A stretch of 64,000 nucleotides of DNA from an uncultured virus (IMG/VR IMGVR_UViG_3300042559_001930) (IMGVR_UViG_3300042559_001930); one strand, 5' to 3'; positions 54,215 to 62,913 are shown, counted from the stretch's first letter. Program-made: numbers and translations. The notes: generated by a model from the sequence alone, not told the origin.

Positions 54215-54798
54215 AGTCCCAGCTCCAGGCCAGTACGTTGTAATGCACGTTTTACAGCATCAGGAAGTTCAACTTCTGTACCCGCTACAGGCGGGTAAAT
54301 GTAGTTGTTGAGAAATTGATTGCGATTAGGTAAGCCGGCGGTTTGATATTGAGTATAAGGAGCAACTTCTTGGGGAACTTCCATGCCATTTACGGCGGCA
54401 CGTTGCATCATTTGATGCATGATCGTTTGATCTTGTGACATGGCCGTAGGTTCTACTTGTCGTGCCATCCCGCCACCCATTACAAGATCAGCAGCAACAG
54501 GAGAAATAATAGAACCAATTAAGTTTGCTGCTCCTTCTAATCTTGAAGGAACATGTTCGGTAACTTGTTTTCCGGTTTCGTTAATTACGGTCCGATATTT
54601 ACCAGGTCTTGCAGCCCTTGCAGCCAGGGTCAATGGATAGGCCAGGGCAAAATCAGTTGCAGCAGATGCAACACCTAAGGCTGGCCCACCTGCCATCAAA
54701 CCAAAACCACCAGCAAGTGCACTGCCAGCACCAACGCTACCGGCAACCGATTTAAGGTCTGCCTTGGTTAACCCTTTAGCAACGCCAGCTAATCTCAC
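54211..54798 (-). CDS. Membrane-like virion protein
   Basis: GTG start; hydrophobic N-terminal segments. Confidence 0.6.
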   Translation of the reverse strand: MRLAGVAKGLTKADLKSVAGSVGAGSALAGGFGLMAGGPALGVASAATDFALAYPLTLAARAARPGKYRTVINETGKQVTEHVPSRLEGAANLIGSIISPVAADLVMGGGMARQVEPTAMSQDQTIMHQMMQRAAVNGMEVPQEVAPYTQYQTAGLPNRNQFLNNYIYPPVAGTEVELPDAVKRALQRTGLELGL

Positions 54799-54828
54799 TG
54801 TATTGTCAAATTCTTTTCTTTATTGTAC

Positions 54829-55392
54829 TCAACCTACGTTTAACTTTCTTACGTCTGAATGTCCAGGCGTTTTTGATTTACTAAGCAATTCCGCAACAGA
54901 AGTATTTCCCTTGACTTCGTTATCTACGCGGCGCTCTGCTGCTTTCATGAGCAAGCCTTTGGGATCTGGGTTAGAAGCACGTGGCATTGGATTTTTTGCT
55001 TTTTTTTCTCCAGGGATGGTAGGACTGAGTTGGTAAACACTCAACCAAAGGGCGTCATAGCCAGGTTGATCTTCTGGGCGTTGCGACGTTAATGCCCTGC
55101 CGTTTTGAAAATCATAGTCTTCAACACGTTTAAATCTACCTATATTGGCAAAGACTTCGTACTCTTCTGCAGTTTCTCCAACAAAATTCAAACCTGGATT
55201 AAGTTGAAGCTTGCGCGTCATCATCTTGCGCAATAGATCGCTTTGTGTAAAGCGCGATGGATTCCAGGGATATTGCCCTTCGCTGGCCTGTGATTGAAAC
55301 AGCTCATCAAAGTTAAGCTGCCGTTTTTTTGTAAACGGGTCTTTTGCGTAATTAATATATCGGCCTAGGTCCAGGCGTGAATCTTTAGCCAT
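54829..55392 (-). CDS. Hypothetical protein
   Basis: Coupled start (TAATG). Confidence 0.65.
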   Translation of the reverse strand: MAKDSRLDLGRYINYAKDPFTKKRQLNFDELFQSQASEGQYPWNPSRFTQSDLLRKMMTRKLQLNPGLNFVGETAEEYEVFANIGRFKRVEDYDFQNGRALTSQRPEDQPGYDALWLSVYQLSPTIPGEKKAKNPMPRASNPDPKGLLMKAAERRVDNEVKGNTSVAELLSKSKTPGHSDVRKLNVG

Positions 55393-55622
55393 TAACCCTC
55401 AGTTTGTTTTTCTTTTTTCTTCTTGTGTAATCCTACCAAGGTTTGACGCAGCCGTGCTTGCTTGACGGTTTTCTCATCGTACTTATCTGGATCAGACAAT
55501 ACGTTTTCTTGAAGCTGAGCAGAGGTAATACCTTTACGCTTAGCTTTGGCAGTGAAGGCGCCTTCTTTAATATCAGCGCCTTGAATCCATTTTTTATCTT
55601 TCTTTTTTTCTTTGGTCATCAC
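55392..55622 (-). CDS. Small basic phage protein
   Basis: KKWIQ...KEGAFTAKAK...ARLRQTL. Confidence 0.7.
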   Translation of the reverse strand: MMTKEKKKDKKWIQGADIKEGAFTAKAKRKGITSAQLQENVLSDPDKYDEKTVKQARLRQTLVGLHKKKKEKQTEG

Positions 55623-57436
55623 AGTAAGTTTTGCTTGAAACGAGTAAGGAAACCTTCTGCTTCCTTAGGTTTATTTGATAATTGTAGCGTTCTCAATTTG
55701 CTTGACACATCTATCGATGCACGTTTGGTAAGTTGCCGTTGTGCATTGTAGGCATCGGTCTCGTTGCCGTACATAGACAACTCTCCGAGTTGTTCGTTGG
55801 ACAGCGTTGAGTACGGATCACGTAAATTTTCTAAGTCTGTTTTACTTACCAACTCGGTAGGGCGACGTTCAGCAGCAGAAGAATATTCGTATCCCAACTC
55901 GCCATATTCAGACTCACCAAACTCACCACGTTTACGCACGGCGCCAGAAGCATATTTAGGTTCTAAGCCATAAACACCTAAACCACCACCTTCTGGTTCA
56001 ATGTCTTCCCGGGTAATGCGTCCCATGCCACGGATACCACCCGAATAACCAGCTTGTTGTGAGGCTGGTTTACTTACACGTTCTGGATCGCCTTGACGCA
56101 GGGGCTCCACAGAACCAATGTTTTCCCGTACCAAGATCTCACTTGGCATTCCCACACGGTTAATGCGTGCAGTTTGTTCTTTTAAAGGTTGCATTACTGC
56201 CTGACCTTCTGGGAAGTTACCGCGCATATTTTGGAGAAGTTGACGTTCTAGTGCTTCTCCTGCAAAGCCTTGTGCGTTGAGTTGAGCGCGTTGATTACTT
56301 GAGACCTCACGTGCCGTGTCAATTAACGAAGGTCCACTTACCTCTTGTTGAAGGATGCGCTCGGCGGTATTTTTTAAAGCTGTTGCACGTGCAATTCGAT
56401 CATTAACTTGTCTTGTTTGCGCCAGGTTCTCAGTTGTGTAGTCGTAATCAAGATCAACTTCCTGAGCGCGCAAGTAACGTTTACCTTGTTCAACTAAAGC
56501 GTCAATCCGTCCGCCACCTTCAGCTTGATCCAAGGGCAAACCATCTGGCATACTAGCGGCAACAGTATTGATTGCATGGTCTGGTACGTAGCCAGCGGCT
56601 TGGGGAGGAGTTGCCTGCTCTAATGGAATACCTTGCCGTACTTTGACTTGGTCTTCTGCAAAATCAATACGACCAATATCAATATCTTCGTTTCGTTGTA
56701 ACGCATTCTTGATGCGTCCTGTCATTTGGTCTTCGCCTGACTGCAAAGCACCTAATGCCTGGTTTGTTAAACCAAAATCTTCTTGTCGTTGTTTGGCAGC
56801 GTTAAGCAAGCGTTGGGTTGCGTCTACACGACGAGCTTCCGCAAGTTCTTGGGATACAGGTCCAAGGATTCTTTCGTTAATATCTTTTGGATCAGGACGA
56901 TATGTTTTACCGTACCCAAAACGTGGAGATCCTTGCGTATAGCGGGAAGGTGCGTTGCTGAAATCAATTTCTTGCGCAGTTGGTTCTGGAATTGCTTGTT
57001 GTAATTGACGATTGAACACTTCAAAAGATTCTTGCTCAGTAGGCATGACGCTACGAGCAACAACTTTGGAAGGAGCAGGTTCGGAAGCGGCAAATTTTAA
57101 AGGTACAGCTGCAGCTTCTCGCACACCCTGCGCCATTTCCGAAAGATCACCTTGGCGGACGCCAGCAGTTGCAGATTTATTAGGACCTTTAGGAATTTGT
57201 GCTCCACGACGCATCAAATTACGCGCGCCCAACACACCACCAGCTAAAGCACCAAGGCCCAGGGCGGCTGTACCAATGGAGGCAAGTAGATTTGACTCTT
57301 GTTGCGGGGCTTTGAGTTGATTGCGGCGAAATTCAAGTACAGCAGGCGCCATCTGCGCCCTTTCTTCAGGATCTTCTGGGACTGGAGTTCCAGTGGCACG
57401 GCTATATGCGTAAAAATCGGCCGGTGCTAACGCCAT
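55619..57436 (-). CDS. 605-aa protein with an N-terminal TM segment, putative virion protein
   Basis: First gene of the - strand late block; TAAAAT upstream. Confidence 0.7.
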   Translation of the reverse strand: MALAPADFYAYSRATGTPVPEDPEERAQMAPAVLEFRRNQLKAPQQESNLLASIGTAALGLGALAGGVLGARNLMRRGAQIPKGPNKSATAGVRQGDLSEMAQGVREAAAVPLKFAASEPAPSKVVARSVMPTEQESFEVFNRQLQQAIPEPTAQEIDFSNAPSRYTQGSPRFGYGKTYRPDPKDINERILGPVSQELAEARRVDATQRLLNAAKQRQEDFGLTNQALGALQSGEDQMTGRIKNALQRNEDIDIGRIDFAEDQVKVRQGIPLEQATPPQAAGYVPDHAINTVAASMPDGLPLDQAEGGGRIDALVEQGKRYLRAQEVDLDYDYTTENLAQTRQVNDRIARATALKNTAERILQQEVSGPSLIDTAREVSSNQRAQLNAQGFAGEALERQLLQNMRGNFPEGQAVMQPLKEQTARINRVGMPSEILVRENIGSVEPLRQGDPERVSKPASQQAGYSGGIRGMGRITREDIEPEGGGLGVYGLEPKYASGAVRKRGEFGESEYGELGYEYSSAAERRPTELVSKTDLENLRDPYSTLSNEQLGELSMYGNETDAYNAQRQLTKRASIDVSSKLRTLQLSNKPKEAEGFLTRFKQNLL

Positions 57437-57565
57437 TAGAAACTATTTGCTTACTAAATTCTTGATATTTGTATTTTACGTGGTGTTATGCGAAAAATAG
57501 ATGCTATAGACTAAGAACATTGCTGAAGTTTAACGTCCAATTAGGGCAAAAACTAATTTTTTACA

Positions 57566-57772
57566 ATGGAAGCAAACGATAGAGCCCAACGAATTGTTGC
57601 TTTAAAGGCAATTAAAGCCAAAGCAGAGGAAATGGTTGACTCGGGAGCCAGTCCAATTGAAGTACGTACTTTTATTCAGGGTTCCAGGGGGGAATTAGCC
57701 CGCCAAAAACCCGATTGGGAGCAATATGCCAAAGCTATTAATGCTGCAGAAGCTGCAAGAAATACTTTTTAA
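57566..57772 (+). CDS. Small helical hypothetical protein
   Basis: Isolated ORF followed by a terminator. Confidence 0.6.
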   Translation: MEANDRAQRIVALKAIKAKAEEMVDSGASPIEVRTFIQGSRGELARQKPDWEQYAKAINAAEAARNTF

Positions 57773-57797
57773 AGCTAAGAAGAACATAAGTTGATAT

Positions 57798-57823
57798 GCC
57801 GAGGATAACACCTCGGCTTTTTT
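57798..57823 (+). terminator. Intrinsic terminator
   Basis: GCCGAGG-ATAACA-CCTCGGC-TTTTTT. Confidence 0.8.
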
Positions 57824-58251
57824 GTGTAAAAACTTGGGCTAACTAGGTAAAACCATCACAAAGATTGAATATTACTTAATTTTTTGCTTCGAAATGGCCC
57901 CTTATAGGACCAAAAAGGTAAATGATTTTCCTGAGCCTTCTCCAATACTCCCTCCGAGATTGATTGTGGGAAGAAAAAAAGAAAGGTGGGGTACCTTGAA
58001 ATTTACCTAGCAATAAGCGAGGAGGATAAGAGTATATTGCGCCAAGAAATTAATGAAACAATCGTAGGTATGTTTACTTATTGTTCTTTTGAACGGAATA
58101 AGGACATTTACCTACTGTTTTATGTGTAAATCCACACATTTCGGGCGCTATTTAGGGTCAAACCCCTTGCTACTACACGGTTCAAATAGGACAGTGATCT
58201 GATTGTGATCAGATAAGACTGTTTAATTCCGATGAATTAGCTCGGGATTAC

Positions 58252-58277
58252 ACGTCAAGCTGGACGTTAAACGTAGC
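58252..58277 (+). promoter_or_regulatory. Leader pseudoknot element, family PK copy 1 (divergent)
   Basis: ACGTC-AAGCTG-GACGT-TAAAC-GTAGC. Confidence 0.45.
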
Positions 58278-58302
58278 ATCAAACCCACATCAACTCAACG
58301 CC

Positions 58303-58494
58303 ATGCGTTATCAATTCCCCAACGTAGCTCCAGTCATCTGTGGCTTTGCAGTCCTCATTGGTATCGGTACGCAAGTAACCGTACACCAATTGGACAAAGC
58401 AACAGCACAGCAATGTGCGAACCACGACTGGCCCAAGGAAGCACACGATGTCCACATGGACTGGTGTGCTGCCAACAGCTACCCAACCAACTGA
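58303..58494 (+). CDS. Small early membrane protein
   Basis: TM segment followed by QCANHDWP...WC. Confidence 0.65.
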   Translation: MRYQFPNVAPVICGFAVLIGIGTQVTVHQLDKATAQQCANHDWPKEAHDVHMDWCAANSYPTN

Positions 58495-58558
58495 GTAACA
58501 GGCGTGATGCCGAGGGATCGAATCCCTCACTCAGTATTGCCTCCAGCGGAGATAGGCA
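58490..58558 (+). ncRNA. tRNA-elbow-like element, family TE copy 1
   Basis: ACTGAGT/ACTCAGT closing stem, GGC-GTGAT-GCC, GAGGG-ATCGAAT-CCCTC, then a TGCC..GGCA hairpin. Confidence 0.6.
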
Positions 58559-58566
58559 CCGCACAC

Positions 58567-58860
58567 ATGGAGATATCCATGGACCTGACAACAGGTTGGC
58601 AGAAGCATTCCAATGTACCTGGTGGTTATCACCTGGTGTACCACGACACCTGGATTGGTGAAGTATCCATTGTCACTGGACCGAAAGGTTCAGGGCTAAT
58701 GGCAGCTAACGATCCAGGTCAAGAACCCACTTACGAAGTGTGGTTCCCAGGAATGGTGAATCCAACCGGTCACTTAACCCTTGATGAGATCAAAGGAATC
58801 ATCAAGTACATGCGTCAACACGAGGAAGAACGCATGATGTATGCCGACGAAGACAACTGA
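58567..58860 (+). CDS. Early hypothetical protein
   Basis: ATG at 58567 (or 58579) after the TE element. Confidence 0.65.
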   Translation: MEISMDLTTGWQKHSNVPGGYHLVYHDTWIGEVSIVTGPKGSGLMAANDPGQEPTYEVWFPGMVNPTGHLTLDEIKGIIKYMRQHEEERMMYADEDN

Positions 58861-58921
58861 TCCGTCTAAGCGGGAGGCAGGGTGCAAACCCCTGCCCAGT
58901 TATTGCCACAATGCCGTGGCA
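58855..58921 (+). ncRNA. tRNA-elbow-like element, family TE copy 2
   Basis: AACTG/CAGTT closing stem, CCG..CGG hairpin, GGCAGGG-TGCAAAC-CCCTGCC, then a TGCCAC..GTGGCA hairpin. Confidence 0.6.
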
Positions 58922-58936
58922 TCTACACTACACAAC

Positions 58937-59110
58937 ATGGGTATCCGCAAAGGACTAGCCAATGCACTCATCTCAACAGCAGCAATGCTGGAGAGTGACA
59001 AATCTAAGGAGTATGTCAGCACCAAGCTGAATGAATACCGTATACGTGCAGCAGCACTGCTGATGCCTAACGATATGGCATTCGTCATTACTCCCAAGAC
59101 TGAACTCTGA
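58937..59110 (+). CDS. Early hypothetical protein
   Basis: ATG after a C/A-rich leader. Confidence 0.6.
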   Translation: MGIRKGLANALISTAAMLESDKSKEYVSTKLNEYRIRAAALLMPNDMAFVITPKTEL

Positions 59111-59160
59111 CTTCTGCACTAAGGGCTTACGGGCCTTTACTGCAGGACTCAACATCCTGT
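59108..59160 (+). promoter_or_regulatory. Bistable UNCG hairpin element, family SW copy 1
   Basis: TGAC-TTCTGCA..AAGGGCT-TACG-GGCCTTT..TGCAGGA-CTCA..TCCTGT. Confidence 0.6.
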
Positions 59161-59184
59161 CATCAACACTACCTCAATTCAACA

Positions 59185-59457
59185 GTGACAACACCTGCAC
59201 TAGTCTACAAACCATCCGCCGAACAACAGTACCGCGTCACATGGTATGGCGGCGAATCAACCCAGTTTCACTTTGAGAAGCTGTGGAATACATTCGACCC
59301 AGACACCGATGCCGAATGGCAAGAGTGGCTAGACCGTGACGTACGTACACTTGGCGGTGGTGTACCAACAAGTATGAAGGAGATGCTCATGGAAATGGAG
59401 GACTACTATCATTACTCCATTGACATGGAACTAGAGCGCAAGCTTCAACACATGTGA
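59185..59457 (+). CDS. Early hypothetical protein
   Basis: GTG start after a C/A-rich leader. Confidence 0.65.
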   Translation: MTTPALVYKPSAEQQYRVTWYGGESTQFHFEKLWNTFDPDTDAEWQEWLDRDVRTLGGGVPTSMKEMLMEMEDYYHYSIDMELERKLQHM

Positions 59458-59492
59458 TCCTTCTCAACACACTCAACTCAACTCAACTGATC

Positions 59493-59693
59493 ATGAAAGA
59501 CAACTACCTCTCTAACGCTGTGCTGGCCATTGTTATGGGCGTAGGAGCAGGCATGCTCTTATCCGTAGGAGCACAGAAGTTACTCAACAACTATCACGTC
59601 AAGCATTGCCCAGCGAAAGCAGGGCATCAACTGATATACATGCATAGCTTTCTAGGCGATGCATACTATTGCCTGGATAAGCGTACACTCTGA
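59493..59693 (+). CDS. Small early membrane protein
   Basis: TM segment plus a Cys pair. Confidence 0.65.
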   Translation: MKDNYLSNAVLAIVMGVGAGMLLSVGAQKLLNNYHVKHCPAKAGHQLIYMHSFLGDAYYCLDKRTL

Positions 59694-59743
59694 CGTTTGC
59701 ACTAAGGGCCTTCGGGCCCTTTCTGCAGACCTCATCGTCTGCA
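59691..59743 (+). promoter_or_regulatory. Bistable UNCG hairpin element, family SW copy 2
   Basis: TGAC-GTTTGCA..AAGGGCC-TTCG-GGCCCTT..TGCAGAC-CTCA..GTCTGCA. Confidence 0.6.
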
Positions 59744-59768
59744 CACACTCAACCTAATTACAGACTGA

Positions 59769-59966
59769 ATGAAACACACGGTCCGATTATCACCAGGGCG
59801 ATTCGTCCACCTAGATTCTTACCATGTGTCTCATGAGACTCGCTTTAGTAAGATCTGCGTGGTAGCCCTATCATTTATCATGTCCGCAATCACAGTATCT
59901 GCTGTGGTCGGCATTGATATCACCAACCCAACTCCTACTCAACACCATGACAACACTCAGCGCTAA
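59769..59966 (+). CDS. Small early membrane protein
   Basis: One TM segment. Confidence 0.55.
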   Translation: MKHTVRLSPGRFVHLDSYHVSHETRFSKICVVALSFIMSAITVSAVVGIDITNPTPTQHHDNTQR

Positions 59967-60288
59967 CACCAAACTTATCGAGGATCGCATTCAACAACTC
60001 TGCGAGACTCTCCAAGATAAGTTCTACAAACAGTACAACAACCCCGTAGCTTTCGAAGTTAAGCGCGGGGTTAAGTACTACAAGATCATCCATGTCTCTA
60101 GTCCTGGTACCAAGTATGAAGGCAGATCAGTCCATGCATTTGTCGCAAGACAGACAGGGACTGTGTATAAGCCTGCATCATGGAAGGCACCAGCGGAACA
60201 TGCACGGTACCAACTACTAGATGACCAATCATTTGAAACCTGCCTACACAATTGTGACTGGGCGGGTTCATACCTTTATATGAGGTAA
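59947..60288 (+). CDS. Conserved cyanophage-type hypothetical protein
   Basis: KYYKI...SVHAFV...TG.VYKPASWKAPA..ARY...DWAGSYLY. Confidence 0.75.
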   Translation: MTTLSANTKLIEDRIQQLCETLQDKFYKQYNNPVAFEVKRGVKYYKIIHVSSPGTKYEGRSVHAFVARQTGTVYKPASWKAPAEHARYQLLDDQSFETCLHNCDWAGSYLYMR

Positions 60289-60399
60289 GTATAGGGGTCA
60301 CCCCCTGACTCCCACCTGAACAGCCAGCACCAAAGTAATGGCTGTTTAGTTATTAAGATTTTTGATAAACAACGGTTATTAAGATTCCAAGTATTAGAT

Positions 60400-60427
60400 G
60401 GACCTGAGTATGTCCTTAAACTACTCA
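60400..60427 (+). promoter_or_regulatory. Leader pseudoknot element, family PK copy 2
   Basis: GGAC-CTGAGTAT-GTCC-TTAAAC-TACTCA. Confidence 0.65.
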
Positions 60428-60449
60428 CCATCCACTCCACTTGACTCCA

Positions 60450-60824
60450 ATGAAATCACGCATCTCCGTCCTTAAAGAAGACCAGATCTGGGAACTGCGT
60501 TGCAAAGGTTATCGCTACGATCTGATCGCTAGCATTGTCAACTGCAGTCCCATATCCATGACTAAGGTCCTCCGCAGGGTGAGGCAACGTCCTCCCCTCA
60601 AGGAAGACCCAATCAAACGTGGACGCTACCGTGGCTTCTTAAGTGATGCCCAGGTAAATGACATTCGTAACCGTGCTAAGTACAATGAATCCATTGGGTT
60701 TATTGCCAGGGCTTACGACATGACGCCAGCGGCCATCTATGCAATCGTAACGAACAAGACCTATAAGGAACCTTGTCGTGATGATGCATTCATCCCCAAC
60801 TTTACCAATAGACTCATGCGTTAG
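60450..60824 (+). CDS. Tandem-HTH DNA-binding protein
   Basis: IWELRCKGYRYDLIASIVNCS and LSDAQVNDIR...IARAYDMTPAAIYAIV. Confidence 0.7.
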   Translation: MKSRISVLKEDQIWELRCKGYRYDLIASIVNCSPISMTKVLRRVRQRPPLKEDPIKRGRYRGFLSDAQVNDIRNRAKYNESIGFIARAYDMTPAAIYAIVTNKTYKEPCRDDAFIPNFTNRLMR

Positions 60825-60842
60825 TACATAAGTACTACGTAT

Positions 60843-60870
60843 GGTCCTGAGTATGACCTTAAACTACTCA
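60843..60870 (+). promoter_or_regulatory. Leader pseudoknot element, family PK copy 3
   Basis: GGTC-CTGAGTAT-GACC-TTAAAC-TACTCA. Confidence 0.65.
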
Positions 60871-60892
60871 CCGTTCCAACTCAATTCAAACC

Positions 60893-61099
60893 ATGAGAGA
60901 CCTTGCATTCATTGATGAGCAACGTAATGCAGACTTGCTTGATGCCATGGCAGACATTGCCTATGAGCAGGAGCAAGCCATGCGTGAGTCCAATCAATCT
61001 GATTGGGATGGCATTGACGAGATCTCTGTAGAGGAACGTTATGCCTGCGATCATTACAATGAAAGGTTTGCTTACCCATCCATTTACCACGGTGACTGA
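60893..61099 (+). CDS. Acidic early protein
   Basis: ATG after the PK element and a C/A-rich leader. Confidence 0.65.
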   Translation: MRDLAFIDEQRNADLLDAMADIAYEQEQAMRESNQSDWDGIDEISVEERYACDHYNERFAYPSIYHGD

Positions 61100-61101
61100 C
61101 C

Positions 61102-61560
61102 ATGACTAAAGCAACTCAACGTACTCAAGTGTGGGATGAGGATCCAGTGATCCTCTTCATCACACTCATTTCAATCTCAATCACACTCATCGGAGATCTC
61201 ATCTCATGTCTCTTCAACCTGAACAACTGCTCATCGCAGACGCACTCGGCTACGAACCCTTCGACCAAGAAGAAGGTGAGCAGCAGTTCCAAGCAGAGAC
61301 AGACTTCCAGGACGCACCCAAAGGCGCCATCGCCTGCACTGGTAACGTCTACAGAACCAAGCGAGGAGTCCTCAGGTGCTACTGGATCCCAGCCGGTGGC
61401 AACTACTCAGCCCAGGACAAGGAGGATCTCGAAGGATGGTACGACATCCCAAGCAACGAAGACATCGAGACGTGGACGTTCGACAGTTGCTGTCCTACCC
61501 CAGCAGGAGATGAAGTCGAACCAGACCACCCAGATTCCTGGCTTAGGATTCTCGGCTTGA
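61102..61560 (+). CDS. TM plus Ser/Thr/Lys-rich disordered protein (overlaps the next gene)
   Basis: Starts 2 nt after the upstream stop. Confidence 0.45.
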   Translation: MTKATQRTQVWDEDPVILFITLISISITLIGDLISCLFNLNNCSSQTHSATNPSTKKKVSSSSKQRQTSRTHPKAPSPALVTSTEPSEESSGATGSQPVATTQPRTRRISKDGTTSQATKTSRRGRSTVAVLPQQEMKSNQTTQIPGLGFSA

Positions 61561-61616
61561 TCCAACCTATCTCACATAACACTAGCGTTATGATGACATT
61601 CGCTATTCGCGAATAG
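61206..61616 (+). CDS. Acidic phage protein
   Basis: TPAGDEVEPDHPDSWLRILGLI motif. Confidence 0.65.
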   Translation: MSLQPEQLLIADALGYEPFDQEEGEQQFQAETDFQDAPKGAIACTGNVYRTKRGVLRCYWIPAGGNYSAQDKEDLEGWYDIPSNEDIETWTFDSCCPTPAGDEVEPDHPDSWLRILGLIQPISHNTSVMMTFAIRE

Positions 61617-61776
61617 AGAATATGATTTCAACCATGTGCACTACACTCCTGTGCCTGGCTCAATACTTTGGGTCGGGCACAACATATACACAGTCATACA
61701 ATGCAGTTGCATTCAAAGTCCAAGATACTTTTTACTTCTGTACCAAGGCATCTGGACTATATAACTGCGTAACTAA

Positions 61777-62208
61777 TCAAGGTCGATACCACTGAGGATT
61801 CGACTGTTGATAATTGTATATAGTCTCTTCTCTTAGCTGTTGCGCAGGTGAGAGAGGAGACATCACATCATAAGTATCCCCGCCAGGCCCAAGGATTGCA
61901 TTACTTTGTTGCATCACTTGAGGCTTGGCACCAAACCTAAATCTTGCTTCGATTGACGGATCGTTTACTCCGACATTCAAGCCAAAGTTATTACCCATTA
62001 CACCAAATTGTCCAGTCATTGGATTCAAGTTGACTGATCCAGTATCATCTTTGAATTCCATTGACCCACGATTAAATAATGAGCCAAATACATTGCCTAA
62101 CTGCTGCACATCCGCAGGTGCAGACGGGTTATTAAACTGCGTTGACAACAACGTATCTTTTAACGCAGGGCCCCAAGCACCTGCTAAGCGTGTACCAAAG
62201 TTAGGCAT
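61777..62208 (-). CDS. Hypothetical protein inverted within the early region
   Basis: Clean 143-aa ORF, Gly/Asn/Pro-rich. Confidence 0.6.
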   Translation of the reverse strand: MPNFGTRLAGAWGPALKDTLLSTQFNNPSAPADVQQLGNVFGSLFNRGSMEFKDDTGSVNLNPMTGQFGVMGNNFGLNVGVNDPSIEARFRFGAKPQVMQQSNAILGPGGDTYDVMSPLSPAQQLREETIYNYQQSNPQWYRP

Positions 62209-62358
62209 CAATCTAAAGTTGTTTTTACAATAATAAGACAGGGGTATTGCCAGATAACTACTGGCCTACCCCCCACACCCCCACTAGAAGTACCAGAGGC
62301 ACACTTTAATCTATAAGAGTTACCTCTGTACTGCACACCATTCACTCACTTACAAACC

Positions 62359-62808
62359 ATGACTAAGCACTACTCCTTCACAGAGACAGACATCACCTTC
62401 ATCCATGATGCTCTCTGCTCACTAGCAGAAGTACTCACTGCAGATGATGTGGTACACCAGCATAAAGACTTGGTTATTGCCAGGCTTGCTGAGGTAACTG
62501 ACATCATTGATTCTCAGATCAATGCTCCGTTTAAACCTACATCATTCCTCAATGAATACTACAAGCTTGCTGAAGTTCTCGAAGAACTGAAAGCTATCTC
62601 TCAACGTGAGAGCAAGCGTCACGAAGTGGATCAACATCTCACTCCCTCCATGCTTGCCATGGTGGATGATGAAATTATCCCCATGCTTGAGAACGAGATG
62701 GACTACGACCCATCAGATGAAGACCTTGGCTATGGCGGTGAGCCGCCTATGACAGCAGACGAAATGCACACAGCTGCATGGCGTCAGCACCAGGAGCTTC
62801 ACAGCTAA
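62359..62808 (+). CDS. Acidic early protein
   Basis: C/A-rich leader; GEPPMTADEMH..AW. Confidence 0.7.
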   Translation: MTKHYSFTETDITFIHDALCSLAEVLTADDVVHQHKDLVIARLAEVTDIIDSQINAPFKPTSFLNEYYKLAEVLEELKAISQRESKRHEVDQHLTPSMLAMVDDEIIPMLENEMDYDPSDEDLGYGGEPPMTADEMHTAAWRQHQELHS

Positions 62809-62913
62809 CAGCCCTACCGCAAGGTTAAGGAAACATTAAGACCATTGGTCATGGCTTGACTGCCCTGGTAGACTTGCCATGACCACACTCAACTCACACT
62901 ACGTACCAATCAA

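Noticed and set aside
57824..58250. AT-rich gap as a genome terminus or terminal repeat
   Set aside because: Plausible from the late/early strand switch, but no repeat or end signature can be shown within this window
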